A stretch of DNA of 64,000 bases from Heteronotia binoei (lineage: Eukaryota): the NCBI RefSeq assembly GCF_032191835.1, contig NC_083223.1, positions 151,962,001-152,026,000 of the forward strand. The letters run 5' to 3'. This document shows, in pieces, positions 1-10,186 of this stretch (the first letter of the stretch is position 1; each line of letters begins with the position of its first letter). The notes below the pieces were generated by a model. That model did not search any database. It saw only the letters and a list, made by a program, of their open reading frames with translations, and was not told the DNA's origin. The position numbers were made by a program, and so were the translations under genes.

Positions 1-15
1 TTCAGGAATTTTGTA

Positions 16-330
16 TAGGGTTACCAAGTCATCACTGGCTGCCAACAGGGGGATTTTTTTGCACGCACACAGAGCAATAACATCACCCAGAAGTAATGTC
101 GTTGTGTGGGGACACTCTAGCAAGTTAGGGGGAACCTCTGTGTTTTCTCCCAAATTGTTAGAGTGTCCCAGTGCAAAACCACTTCCGGGTGACATCATCA
201 CACCACATGCTCCATGCATGATGGAGCACTTTGGTGGCAGGGATCCCCCCAGCAGCTTGCTCCATGCTGGCGGGTTGGGGGCCCTGAAACTGGGGGGACC
301 CCCACTTCCAGCAGGAGCTCGGGAAACCTA
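16..330. mobile_element. hAT-type MITE with TAGGGTTGCCA-like terminal inverted repeats
   Basis: Starts TAGGGTTACCA and ends CGGGAAACCTA. Flanked by a perfect 8-bp TSD ATTTTGTA (8-15 and 331-338). Confidence 0.85.
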
Positions 331-517
331 ATTTTGTAAGCTGAAACTGGCAAACCTAGATACAGCACCTGCTTTAGGCTGCAAAATACCTTAAGCTGTC
401 TCTCCTTGTAAAGGCTGCCTTGTGTTCTTATTTATACAAAGACATGCAAGACCTATGACAACGCCTTATCAATACTATTATTGTTATCTTTATTTTGCAT
501 CTTGTATTGCCATTGCC

Positions 518-923
518 ACCCCAGTCGGAATAATGAGACAGACAACAAATTATGGATTAAAGGGCCACTTTATTCACTTTAAACGGCAAGGGGAAACAGT
601 GTGGACAGGTTAAGCCAGGGGTCAACGAGACCACCTCCTTAACCTGGAACTGGGCGAGCCCCAGGCCCCGGGTGGGAGCCAACCCAATGGCTCAAACCCG
701 GCCAGCCAGGCACAAGGTCCCGTTCACCTGCACTCCACCATCCCACAAGCCGTACAGCCCGGGATGTGGACAATTCCAAGTGATGGGATCCCGAGGCTCC
801 CCGGAGCCAACCTTGGGCCGTACAGCTTAACGGTCACCCCAGGGACGCCATTCACCCAAACAGTGCAGTGCCGCGGGAGCTCACCGATACCCCACACAAC
901 ATGTTCCCAACAATAAACAGCCA
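518..923 (-). repeat. Split direct repeat B2 (406 bp)
   Basis: Matches 1243-1648 with about 10 substitutions (manual count). Contains AATAAA on the minus strand near the element 3' end. Confidence 0.95.
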
Positions 924-1070
924 GTGACCGACCAATTTAACAGCACCCATCAACCACAGTACGAGGTAGGCAAAAACACGCCCCAAACTAGGCCAATATG
1001 TTTGAAGGTGAAAAATTCCTACCTGGCCCCTAACAAGGCGACCAGCCTAATGCCTGCACTGCATGACGGG

Positions 1071-1242
1071 CAGGCCGAGAGTGTGAGTCTCACTGCGCCA
1101 CAGGAGGCGGGGCTGGCCTTATAAGTCCACCCTCGCCTAAAGAATGGAAGAGTCCACTGTCTCCTCCTTCCGGGGAGGCAATGGACGGCCCCCAGCCTGA
1201 AGCGACCGGTTGGCCGCTCGGCTGGGTGGAGGCCGAATTGCC
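1071..1242 (-). repeat. Split direct repeat A2 (172 bp)
   Basis: Matches 6712-6883 with about 8 substitutions, mostly CpG transitions. Confidence 0.95.
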
Positions 1243-1648
1243 ACTCCAGTCGGAATAATGAGACAGACAACAAATTATGGATTAAAGGGCCACTTTATTC
1301 ACTTTAAATGACAAGGGGAAACAGTGTGGACAGGTTAAGCCAGGGGTCAACGAGACCACCTCCTTAACCTGGAACTGGGCGAGCCCCAGGCCCCGGGTGG
1401 AAGCCAACCCAATGGCTCAAAACCTGCCGGCCAGGCACAAGGTCCCGTTCACCTGCACTCCACCAGCCCACAAGCCGTACAGCCCGGGATGTGGACAATT
1501 CCAAGTGATGGGATCCCAAGGCTCCCCGGAGCCAACCTTGGGCCGTACAGCTTAACGGTCACCCCAGGGACGCCATTCACCCAAACGGTGCAGTGCCGCG
1601 GGAGCTCACCGATACCCCACACAACATGTTCCCAACAATAAACAGCCA
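1243..1648 (-). repeat. Split direct repeat B1 (406 bp)
   Basis: Copy of 518-923; abuts A2 directly at the junction GACTGGAGT|GGCAATT (minus). Confidence 0.95.
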
Positions 1649-1699
1649 CAGACAGAGCCAAGCCTCAGCTTAGTCAACTGTCCCCCACCTAACCAGGAA

Positions 1700-2255
1700 C
1701 ATGTTCCAGCCCCTTGCCTTAACTCAGCCAAAAGGCCTCGTGCCCTTTAATGAAAGATGGACCCCATCCGGCCTGTGAAAATCCTAGCAACAGGCCTTTA
1801 TGAATGGGTGCAGCACACAAAAACCCAACCCTCTCTCCAGGGCTATCCACTAGGCTCCATTAGCCTTCTTCTGGGCCAACTCCAAACCTGCTGGGTCCCA
1901 AGCCGCCCACCACTGCCGGCGCAGCGGCTTGTCCGACCACAGGATGAGGCGCCCGGACAACTACTGCCAAACACAGTGATACCATCTTGGGCCTGAAATG
2001 AAAGGGGCCTTACCCTCGAGTAAGCCCAAATCATACTCCCCCAAGTGAATCACCTCAAATGCGGTGGAGGGGGGGGGTCCATCTTTTCCCCAAAAGAGGT
2101 GGAATAAGCCCCGATCACCTCATGCCCCGCCGGCCCCTGCGGCTCTATGATAGCCTGCTCACACCAGCCACACTGAGAACCGACTGGTGCCTTATGAGCA
2201 TGATGTGCCGCTGAAAATATGACACTGTGGCCACCAATGAGGATCCTCCTCTTTT
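1700..2255 (-). pseudogene. Ngaro-encoded SGNH/GDSL hydrolase, frameshifted
   Basis: Minus-strand motifs RILIGGHSV (block I), VIHLGEYDLG (block III, N altered) and PDGVHLS (block V) in the correct order and spacing. Confidence 0.8.
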
Positions 2256-2339
2256 CCACACAGCCACGGCACCTAGAAAAGAAAAAACCATTAGGATACA
2301 TCCCAACAGTACAGAATTAAGCTATATAAGGTGAAAACG

Positions 2340-3230
2340 GGTAATCACCCTACGAGCGGAAATACTGTATGTAGGTCTGATAGTCACCAGCTCTCCACCA
2401 TCCCACTGGCCAAATGGCATCCGCGGCAGCATAACCATAGCAGCAGCTGCTGATCCTAATGAATGAGTACCGAATTTTACGCCACACGGGCCCAATTTTC
2501 CAAAGCCCGACTTGTGGTGGACCAAAATGAAATTTAGTCAAGGGGGGATGGGGTCGTTATGACCAAACAAAGCACCCTCCACCGACCCGCTCAACTCAAC
2601 ATAATGCTCAAGTGCCGTCAACGGACACAACTCCTCATCCAAGCAAGGTCCTGAAGTGACCAGCAAAGACTTTTTCCTGTGATCCGTCTTGACTCGACAA
2701 ACCAGCAAAGGAACTTGGCCTTCCAGGAGCTTAACCTCCCCCACTTGGAGTGTCCAAGCCAACGAGTCAGAGTGGGAGAGCGCCACTAGCTCAAAACCCC
2801 GCTAAACCCCCGAAAAAGCTGCATGAAAACAGCGCCAATTAAACAGAGGCACAAACAAGGGCCCAGGAAGCATGTAGCCCACAAAGGATAGATGGGAAAT
2901 TGACTGTCGATGGACCGCCGGTTGCTCTGCATCTCGTAACCAACCTTCCAACAGTTTCGCAATACAGAAGTCTATTAATCACCTTCGGATACCACCAGGC
3001 CTAGCTGAGGAAGGCCACCGCTGTGAGCTGGTCCTAATAGATTACGCCAAACGGCCTCCCTCCCGCTTCTGCCGACACAAAACTGCGGCAGGCGCTCCGC
3101 CGGAGCCGTCCGAGCCTCCATGAGCCCGGCCCTTTCCCGGAAAAACAGAAATGACTAGCCGCCCTAACCTACGGCCTTTTTGAACTGGAAGCTATGACGT
3201 GGTGAATTGCCCAGCTGACATCATCCGTCC
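2340..3230 (-). pseudogene. Tyrosine recombinase (phage-integrase fold), disrupted
   Basis: LFHAAFSGV*RGFELVA (catalytic R box), VKTD, GTHS-x-R (frameshifted HxxR) and GWWRAGDYQTY (catalytic Y). Confidence 0.88.
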
Positions 3231-3249
3231 AATCTACCACAATTCCGCT

Positions 3250-4480
3250 GAGATGCACACAGGAAGAAGTCTGGAGTTAGTTGATGAAAGCGCACCATTC
3301 ATTGGCGGGACAGGGCGTCCGCCCCTCCATTGCTAATGCCAGGCATGTGCTAAGCCAAAACAAGCATTCACTTAAGACTATGCAGTATAAACGCCCTGAC
3401 CAGCCTCATGACCGGAGGGGACTTAGAGGCAGGCTTATTGACGATGTGGACAACTGCCATGTTGTAACGCCCAAAATGCACCATGTGATTGGCCAGGAAG
3501 AGACCTCAAGAAATATACGTAGTTACCACTATGGGAAATAACTCCAAAAGCCAACTTACAGTATGACTCGGTGCCCAACAACTCCCTTGTCCAACGCACG
3601 ACACACCAATGCCCCCCAAAATACACCCGAAGCCAGGAGCCAACAGCATCCCAAACAGTTTGCACTCAGCCACAACCGCATGACCCCTCTCCTGAAGGAA
3701 ATGCCATTAAAAATTCCTCCAAAAGGTCTCCCACGCGTTAAGGTCGCTGTGCATACCCCCAGTCACCCGGGTATGGTGATGTGGCAAACGCAGGGCCGCC
3801 CTGCCGCTGCCAAATTGAAGCAGAAAGGCCAGCCCGGGGGCCGCCACTTTGCCTGCAAAGTTCAGGTGGCCCCCCGAGCTGCTGTAGCTCGAAGAGGGTG
3901 CCTTACCTTTGACCGTCACCAATGATACACACACCCGCAGATTCTCAACTTATCTAGCAGCAACCAGGATAGCTGGCACACTGTATCCAGCCCACCCCAA
4001 AAAGTCAACACTGTAGCTGGGCCCTCTATCTTCCCTGTGGCTAAGGGAACACCCGACTCTACCACCAGCCCTTAAACGCCGTTAACCATCATGAACATTA
4101 CCCCGATAACATAATTCAGCCAGGATGGCGATGTTGACCGACCACCCCTGAGGTAAGGTAAACGATGGATAAAATGAAACTCACCTGCGGCCTTCTAAGG
4201 GGAATAGCCAAAGATGACGCCCACAAATGTGGCACCTGAGGGGCTGAGAAAGGACCAGGACTCGCCCCTCCGCACACTCCCACCTAATCTTAGCCCTAGC
4301 AACGCGCTCCAAACCGCACTCTGACCGCAAATTTGAGCAGGAAAAAACGGGGTACGAGGACCTTGGTAAGGAACACTAAATCATCGTGAAGAACTGTCCC
4401 CCAGAATAACCTCTCTCATCGACCCCCGGATAGACCTACAACCATTCTCTAAGAACCCCCCCCCCCCTGAATGGGGCTGG
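3250..4480 (-). pseudogene. pol: DIRS/Ngaro RT-RNase H, disrupted, RT catalytic core deleted
   Basis: GEFHFIHRLPY..SVN, GVPLATGKIEGP, GHLNFAGKVAAPG, QTDAVGS, YNMAVVHIVN and ADALSR. No DIxxAF/LPMG/YLDD segment between about 4110 and 4095. Confidence 0.85.
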
Positions 4481-5150
4481 GCCCCTTTTTCCTGATGCCG
4501 GCTGGGCCGCCACCAGGCCGCTGTTGGCCCCACATGGGTTGGATCCACCGGACATACAGGCATGGGGGCCACACCCAAAATGGACATTCGAGCTTGCACC
4601 TACAGGCCCCTCTGCCGTACACGCCTTGGGAGGTAAACTCCCGGCGAAGCCCCCGTGACTTTCAGACAGCCCAGCAGCAGAACAGGTGCTAGCAGAATAA
4701 CAGTCTTCTGAAACAGAGGAACAGCCGAAGACGCTGGCCGGTCCGGTCCCACGATAGACCAGGATTAACCACCGCTTGTATACGGAATTGCACCTCGTAC
4801 ACTCCTCTTCACCCTTCACGTCCGGCTCCCCCGAGGACTACTTTTCCAATTCCCTGTGTAAAAGGCTGAAAGCGTCTACGTGTTCCCATTATATATCAAA
4901 CACTAGCCCTGTAAGATGATCACCCAGCAGCATGGCCGGCTCCCCGAAGGGTAGCGCATGAAAAGCCACTGCGCAATAGGGACCAGAGGGAGGAGGAATC
5001 CCCACTGTTGCATAGCCCCCGCAGGGGGCAAAAAAAAAAGGGGGGATGGTTTTCTGCCAACCCAACGGCAGCACGCTCCCCGCTGCCGAAGGCCCGGCTA
5101 ATGCTACCGACCTGCCTTGCTCCCCCTGACCCCGAGTGCAAAGAAAAAAA
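4480..5150 (-). pseudogene. gag: Ngaro gag-like ORF, disrupted
   Basis: EHVDAFS-like motif near 4890-4860 and a degenerate Cys/His-finger-like segment (REFTSQGVYGRGACRCKLECP) near 4640-4580. Start position uncertain. Confidence 0.65.
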
Positions 5151-5204
5151 GGGGGGGGAACCGCTGAACTGATTCGGCGTTATAACCTAAGGCCATAAAC
5201 GTAT

Positions 5205-5617
5205 GAACATCTGAAGCTGCCATATACTGAATCAGACCAATGGTCCCCCAACTCAGCAATGCCTACCCCAACATGCAGTGTTATTCCGGGTCTCCGGCTG
5301 AGGCCATCCACACCCATTTGCATGTGACCTTTTTGTAGATGCCAGAAATTTAAATGTAAAATTATTATGCATCCGGAAATCATGGGGACCACTAGGGACT
5401 AGTGCCTATAGGGGGCATGGAGGATACTCAAAGAGGTGGTTGAAATAAAACCAGCCTCTGCCCTCCCAGCCCTGGTGTTCCAAGGAGATCACCCATCTGA
5501 GTACTTGCCAGAATCAACCTGCTTCTCTTCTGAAAGCTGCCAAGTTCAGGCTATTTCTGGGCTATCTGGTAAGGGCAGACCCTCTGCTTAACAAGCAGAT
5601 ACTCTACCACTGAGCCA
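5205..5617 (-). mobile_element. Old tRNA-derived SINE (same family as 48178-48383), split into head and body
   Basis: Head TGGCTCAGTGGTAGAGTATCTGCTT at 5617-5575. Body and tail at 5352-5205 (CTGGCATCTACAAAAAGG...GGTCTGATTCAGTATATGGCAGCTTCAGATGTTCATA) align to the 48178 copy. Confidence 0.7.
5420..5550 (-). mobile_element. 5S rRNA-derived SINE fragment
   Basis: Minus strand GCCTGAAC..TCAGAAGAGAAGCAGG..CTGG.AAGTACTCAGATGGG.GA.CTCC.TGGAACACCAGGG resembles the 5S internal control region, followed by a non-5S tail. Confidence 0.6.
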
Positions 5618-5959
5618 TGTTAACTATGTGGATGGGCAACCGCCAACATAGGGCAGCCCTGAGTCCCATCTCAGTCCACATGTAAATGCTAAGCCTACCG
5701 TCAAAATGACCCCAGCCCCTAGTAAGTGCCTTGTGAGCACGACAATAAATAAGGTGCAAATGGGGGGGGGGCTCTGACCCTAAATTTTCTTGGTGGTCTC
5801 GTATACACGGGTAATCAGGGACAACGCAGCTACAGCTTCTGAAACCTGGGGGGATAAGGCTGGCCCAGACCCTCCGGCTCCAACACCCTGCTCAAAGCCC
5901 CACCAGGACTACTCTTGGCCGCCTGGGTGAGGCCTAATATGAGCAAAGGGGGGGTACTT

Positions 5960-6100
5960 TTAGACTGGCAGCGACTAACCGGGGACCCCAGCCGAATTCT
6001 CCCACATCACACGATGCCTGGCCCCATAAAGTGGAGATGCCAGGGACCAAACCCCGAGCCCTCTGCCCACCAGGCGGAGATCCCACCCTTGAGCCAAAGC
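5960..6100 (-). mobile_element. Diverged, GC-enriched tRNA-SINE-derived segment inside the Ngaro leader
   Basis: Exact anchors TGGCTCA, TCCCTGGCATCTCCA (15 bp) and CGCTGCCAGTCT (12 bp) are collinear with the SINE at 48178. Confidence 0.6.
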
Positions 6101-6194
6101 CCATCCGGGACCTTCCGAACCAGCCGCCGCTGGTCCAACAAACCTCTCCATGAGCCTCTGTTGCGCCCGCCGCTCCAACCGATGAGCGACTGAG

Positions 6195-6711
6195 GCTGGC
6201 CCCGGCAGAGGGGGGGAATCAGCTGGGCCATGGCTCCTCGCACCGCTGATGAGGTGCGCCGGGCTCACTGGCATGTAAAAACGCGCCGAAAAAAACCCCA
6301 CGCGCCCAGGGCCTGCAGCCTGCACAGCTGATGTGCGGCTGATCGGCCAGGGCACGCCTCCAACTGAAGAGCGGCCGAAGCAGGCCCCCGCGGAGGGGGG
6401 AATCAGCTGGGCCGCAGCTCCTCGCACCGCTGATGCGGTGCGCCAGGCTCACTGGCGTGTAAAAACACGCCGAAAAAAACCCCCGCGCGCCCAGGGCCCG
6501 CAGCCTGCACAGCTGATGTGCGGCTGATCAGCCAGGGCGCACCTCTAACTAAAGAGCGGCCGAAGCAGGCCCCCGCGGAGGTGGGAATCAGCTGGGCCGC
6601 GGCTCCCCGCACCGCTACCGCGGCGTGCAAGGCTAACTGGTGTGTAAAACACGCCAAAAAGACCCCCATGCGCTCAGGGCCCACAGACCGCACAGCTGAT
6701 GTGCAGCTGAT
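6195..6711. repeat. Tandem repeat, 184-185 bp unit, about 2.8 copies
   Basis: Anchor GGAATCAGCTGGGCC recurs with AATC at 6217, 6401 and 6586. Confidence 0.9.
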
Positions 6712-6883
6712 CAGGCCGAGAGCGCGAGTCTCACTGCGCCACAGGAGGCGGGGCCGGCCTTATAAGTCCGCCCCCGCCTAAAGAATGGAAGAGTCCACTG
6801 TCTCCTCCTTTCGGGGAGGCAATGGACGGCCCCCAGCCTGAAGCGACCGGTTGGCCGCTCGGCTGGGTGGGGGCCAAATTGCC
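6712..6883 (-). repeat. Split direct repeat A1 (element 5' end)
   Basis: Copy of 1071-1242; begins GGCAATT on the minus strand. Confidence 0.95.
6752..6780 (-). promoter_or_regulatory. Putative Pol II promoter in repeat A (GC box plus TATA-like)
   Basis: Minus strand GGCGGGGGCGG-AC-TTATAA-GGCCGGCCCCGCC; a variant is present in A2. Motif only. Confidence 0.4.
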
Positions 6884-9447
6884 TTTCTATAGATGACCCA
6901 CTTCGTTCAGTCACTACTTCTACCTGGGCCATGATCTCCTTGCTACCTTGTCTGCTTCTGCTCCTTGCTTGTTATCCTTGCTTCAGGCTATCAGTCTCTA
7001 GAGATGGCTTTCCTGGCCTCTGCTTTTGATTTAGCTCAAAACAAGCCTAATGATTTCTCTCACTGCATTGTGCCATAATAAAACATTAAAAAAACCAACC
7101 TGGCTCCCAGTAAGCAGCTGCAACATTAAATACTCCAAAGAATGGAGATTACAAAGATTTTGCTGTAGCATATACCTTTATGTTTTCCCACAAGTGGAAA
7201 AGGAAATAAGATCCATTATGAGACAGCCTGTTGAATTTTGTTTTCCGAATTGCTGACTAAGGACAGGATAGGGTGGTAGAATATGAGCTATAAGGAGGAT
7301 ACTCTATATTCCTTTGTCATAGTGTGTACTTGTGTGAGGGGGGTGTGTGTGTGTTTATTAGCACTGTTTGCCCGTCTGAAATTTTTCTTGGTTTTATCCC
7401 AACCAGGCTTCCAACCAAGACAAACAGTCTTTGATGTCATGTAATTGTGCCTAAGACCATTTATATGAAGATTCCCAGCTTTGGTTTGGAAGAGAAAAGA
7501 AGACCTTGAAAGCATTCCAGGGGAAACAGTATGTGCTCAAAAGCTCCTGATGGAGTCAAAGATACCAGCTGCCCATTTTGCCAGTTGTATCCTAAATAAA
7601 TATCTTCTCTGACTGAAATACAATTAACATTCAGAACTTTTTACCCCTTCCCGCAGCTTCATTTGGCCAGTAACACAGAAAAGGAAACACAAAGACAATT
7701 CCATTTTTATTCTTTTATCACCAAATTCCAAATGCCGTCTGGGGCTCCTGTTATCTGCATTTCCTAGGGCAAATTCACAAATACCTCAGAATGCAGGACT
7801 GCAGCCCAGTTCTTGGGGTCATTAGGTATATGGCATTTGGTATATGTTTTTCCAGCTCTTCCCAAACCAGGCTACAGGTGAAATGCTCCCTCATTTCAAA
7901 AACACCATGTCAGAGAAGAGTTACCATGCATTAGCTTTTGATACTGAGAAGCAATAACAACAGCTTGTAGTGTGGTAAATGAACTATGGTATTTTTGAGC
8001 CTTTTGCTTTGATTCCAATGCATCAACACTTCACTGATTATTTTACTGCTCCCTGCTTAGGCTGGACATCTCTGTTGCAACTGCAATTCTACATTAGTGT
8101 GGGGGCACAGCCAGAGTAACAGAAAGGGAACAAACTACTCTTGGTTTCAGATAATTTGTAATTAATCCAGACATGCAAAAAATAAGTGTTTGGGTTGTAT
8201 TTTAAAAAATGTTTTTACCTGGGTCAGTTTATTTTTTAGAATCCATTCTAGCAAATTCCAGAATCATTTCAGATTTAATGAGTACACCAATGTTCTTCTA
8301 TGAGTTGAGAAGGGCATAAGACTGTGGTGGGATTCAAAGTCGTGCTGGGGAACTCAGTGGGCCAGTCTCTGATAAGGACTGCATTACTAAGAGAGAGTCC
8401 TGAACTACGCCTGCTTGAAATCATTTTCTTCAGCCTTTTCATTATTCCAGGTAAGAAGGAAGGGGTGCTCTCTGTGCTTGCACTACTTTACTTTTGTGGG
8501 AATTTAACCCCAATGTATTTTTTTTTTCATTTTCACAAATCTGGGGAGTGCCCTGTTTGCTGAAAAATACGTTTAGCCTCCATGTGGCCCTGATCCATGG
8601 ATTTATATGAGATGTGGGAGTGACTATTAGAATGTAAGACAAACAAGGACCTGTGATACTCACAGGGAGGAATCTCTCCATCCTCATTGCTGCTGGCCCA
8701 GTACATCTCTCACCCACCCAGCCCCACCATCATTGCTGCCATCCAGCTCCACTTGACTCCCTGGTTACCGGCTGGGCAGCAGCATGGAAGGCAGTGAAGA
8801 CTCCTGCACTTCCCTCCTTATAGATCAGCATGACGGCAGGCTTACGAGCTTGGCAGGGAGCTGAGTCTTCCACTGCTGTGACCTTCCTTGTATCTTCCTT
8901 ACCCCTCCCAACACCTCTGCTGCCTGCCACCACCACTGCAGATCTTGGGCCCAGCAAGGCTCCTGGCCTCTGCTGTTGTCCACTGCAACTTCCTTTTCCC
9001 CTCAACATTGCTGCCATGGCTGCCACTGATCCTGAGCTCCTCTGCTACTGGTCTCCTGCAGCTTCCTGCCTTCCTTCTACATCACCACCACATGTCCAGA
9101 GCAGCTTCTGGGCTGCATGGCTGCCTTAACCAGGCCCAGCTCAGCTCCCAGACTGTGCAACCACCACTGCTATACCTAGCATGGAATCAACAACAACCTT
9201 TAATGGCATACGACAGGATCACAGATCACAGACAAGCATAGGGTTGCCAAGTCTCAACTATTCCCCAGCGGGGGAATTTGGGGAGCATTCCGGGAGGGGG
9301 CGGGGCTACCCTCAACACGATGATGTCATGTAGAATGATGTCATCATGCTGAGAACACAGCACTGCACACTCACACTGTTTCCCCAAACATTTAAAGGAA
9401 CTTTCCCTTTAAATGGTTGGGAGGGAAACAAGCGTTGGTGCTGCAGA

Positions 9448-9735
9448 CCTTCCAAGCTCCGACTAAGGCTTGGAAAGGCAGAAGCAAGCCGTTTCTGCCT
9501 CTCTGAGAGAGCAGTCGCCAGGCTCGGCTACTCTTCCAAACCCTGATTGAGGCTTGGAAAGGCAGAAGATAGCGGCTCTCCTTGTCTCTCAGAGAGCGGA
9601 CGCTGGGCTCAGCTGCCCTTCCAAGCCCCGATCGAGGTTGGAAAGGCAGGAGCAAGTGGCTCTGCTCCCTCGTTCTGAGAGAGCGGGTGCCTGGTGCTGC
9701 TGCCCTTCCAAGCCCCCATCGAGGCATGGAAAGGC
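9448..9735. repeat. About 85-bp tandem units, each with a CCTTCCAAGC..GCTTGGAAAGG hairpin
   Basis: Units start near 9448, 9533, 9617 and 9703; further partial units at 11579 and 11609, on the other side of the Gypsy. Confidence 0.8.
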
Positions 9736-9782
9736 AGAAGGTAGCAGCCCCGGCTCTCCCTGAGGAGGTGGGCACCGTGCTC

Positions 9783-10144
9783 GGGGTTTCCCACGCGGCA
9801 TAGGAAATGGGTTCCAGCACCCCCTGGGCCATGAAGCAGTCTAGCTCGGCCTCGATTTTGGGCTTCAGGGCAAACGGGACCCGCCTGGCCTTCAACCTTA
9901 CGGGCCGCACGTGGGGATCGAGGGGCAAGGATATGGGAGGGCCCTTGTAGCAACCCAGGGCCCCATTAAACACCTCCGGGAACTCCTTACACACCTCTTC
10001 GAATCCCCGCACCCCCAGCTGCTGTACCCCCATGATTTTTATTCCCAGTGGCCGGAACCAAGCTAGTCCCAACAGTATGGTGAGCTGTCGTTTGACCACC
10101 AGTAAGTCGAGTTTGCCCCTAAACCCGTTGTATTCCACCCCCAC
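9783..10144 (-). pseudogene. pol: Gypsy protease C-terminus / RT N-terminus, truncated
   Basis: ILLGLAWF...FPEVFNGALGCYKG...ARRVPFALKPKIEAELD...GVLEPISYAAWETP. Confidence 0.88.
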
Positions 10145-10186
10145 TGTTGCCCAACCCAGGACTTGAACAGGGTTCTTTTGAAAGTC

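Larger units (their letters stand above)
513..6883 (-). mobile_element. Ngaro-type (DIRS order) tyrosine-recombinase retrotransposon, complete termini, decayed ORFs
   Basis: Split direct repeats in the order A1 - gag - RT/RH - YR - hydrolase - B1 - A2 - spacer - B2 on the minus strand. GGCAA at both ends. Motifs are listed in the sub-features. Confidence 0.93.

Noticed and set aside
5420-5550. 5S rRNA gene
   Set aside because: Partial and heavily diverged, with a non-5S tail; SINE-derived.
5915-6932. Cluster of overlapping GC-rich ORFs
   Set aside because: Products of the 184-bp tandem repeat and repeat A; no recognisable domain.
8290-8460. Possible exon ending at CAG|GTAAGA (about 8450)
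   Set aside because: Donor-like motif only; no recognisable protein in any frame and no clear acceptor.
9448-9735. CRISPR-like array (palindromic repeats with spacers)
   Set aside because: Vertebrate context, spacers are homologous to each other, no cas genes, and the array lies within a TIR/TSD-bounded MITE.
9392-10144. 250-aa ORF with a repetitive C-terminus
   Set aside because: Gypsy RT frame running into MITE hairpin repeats after the truncation point.
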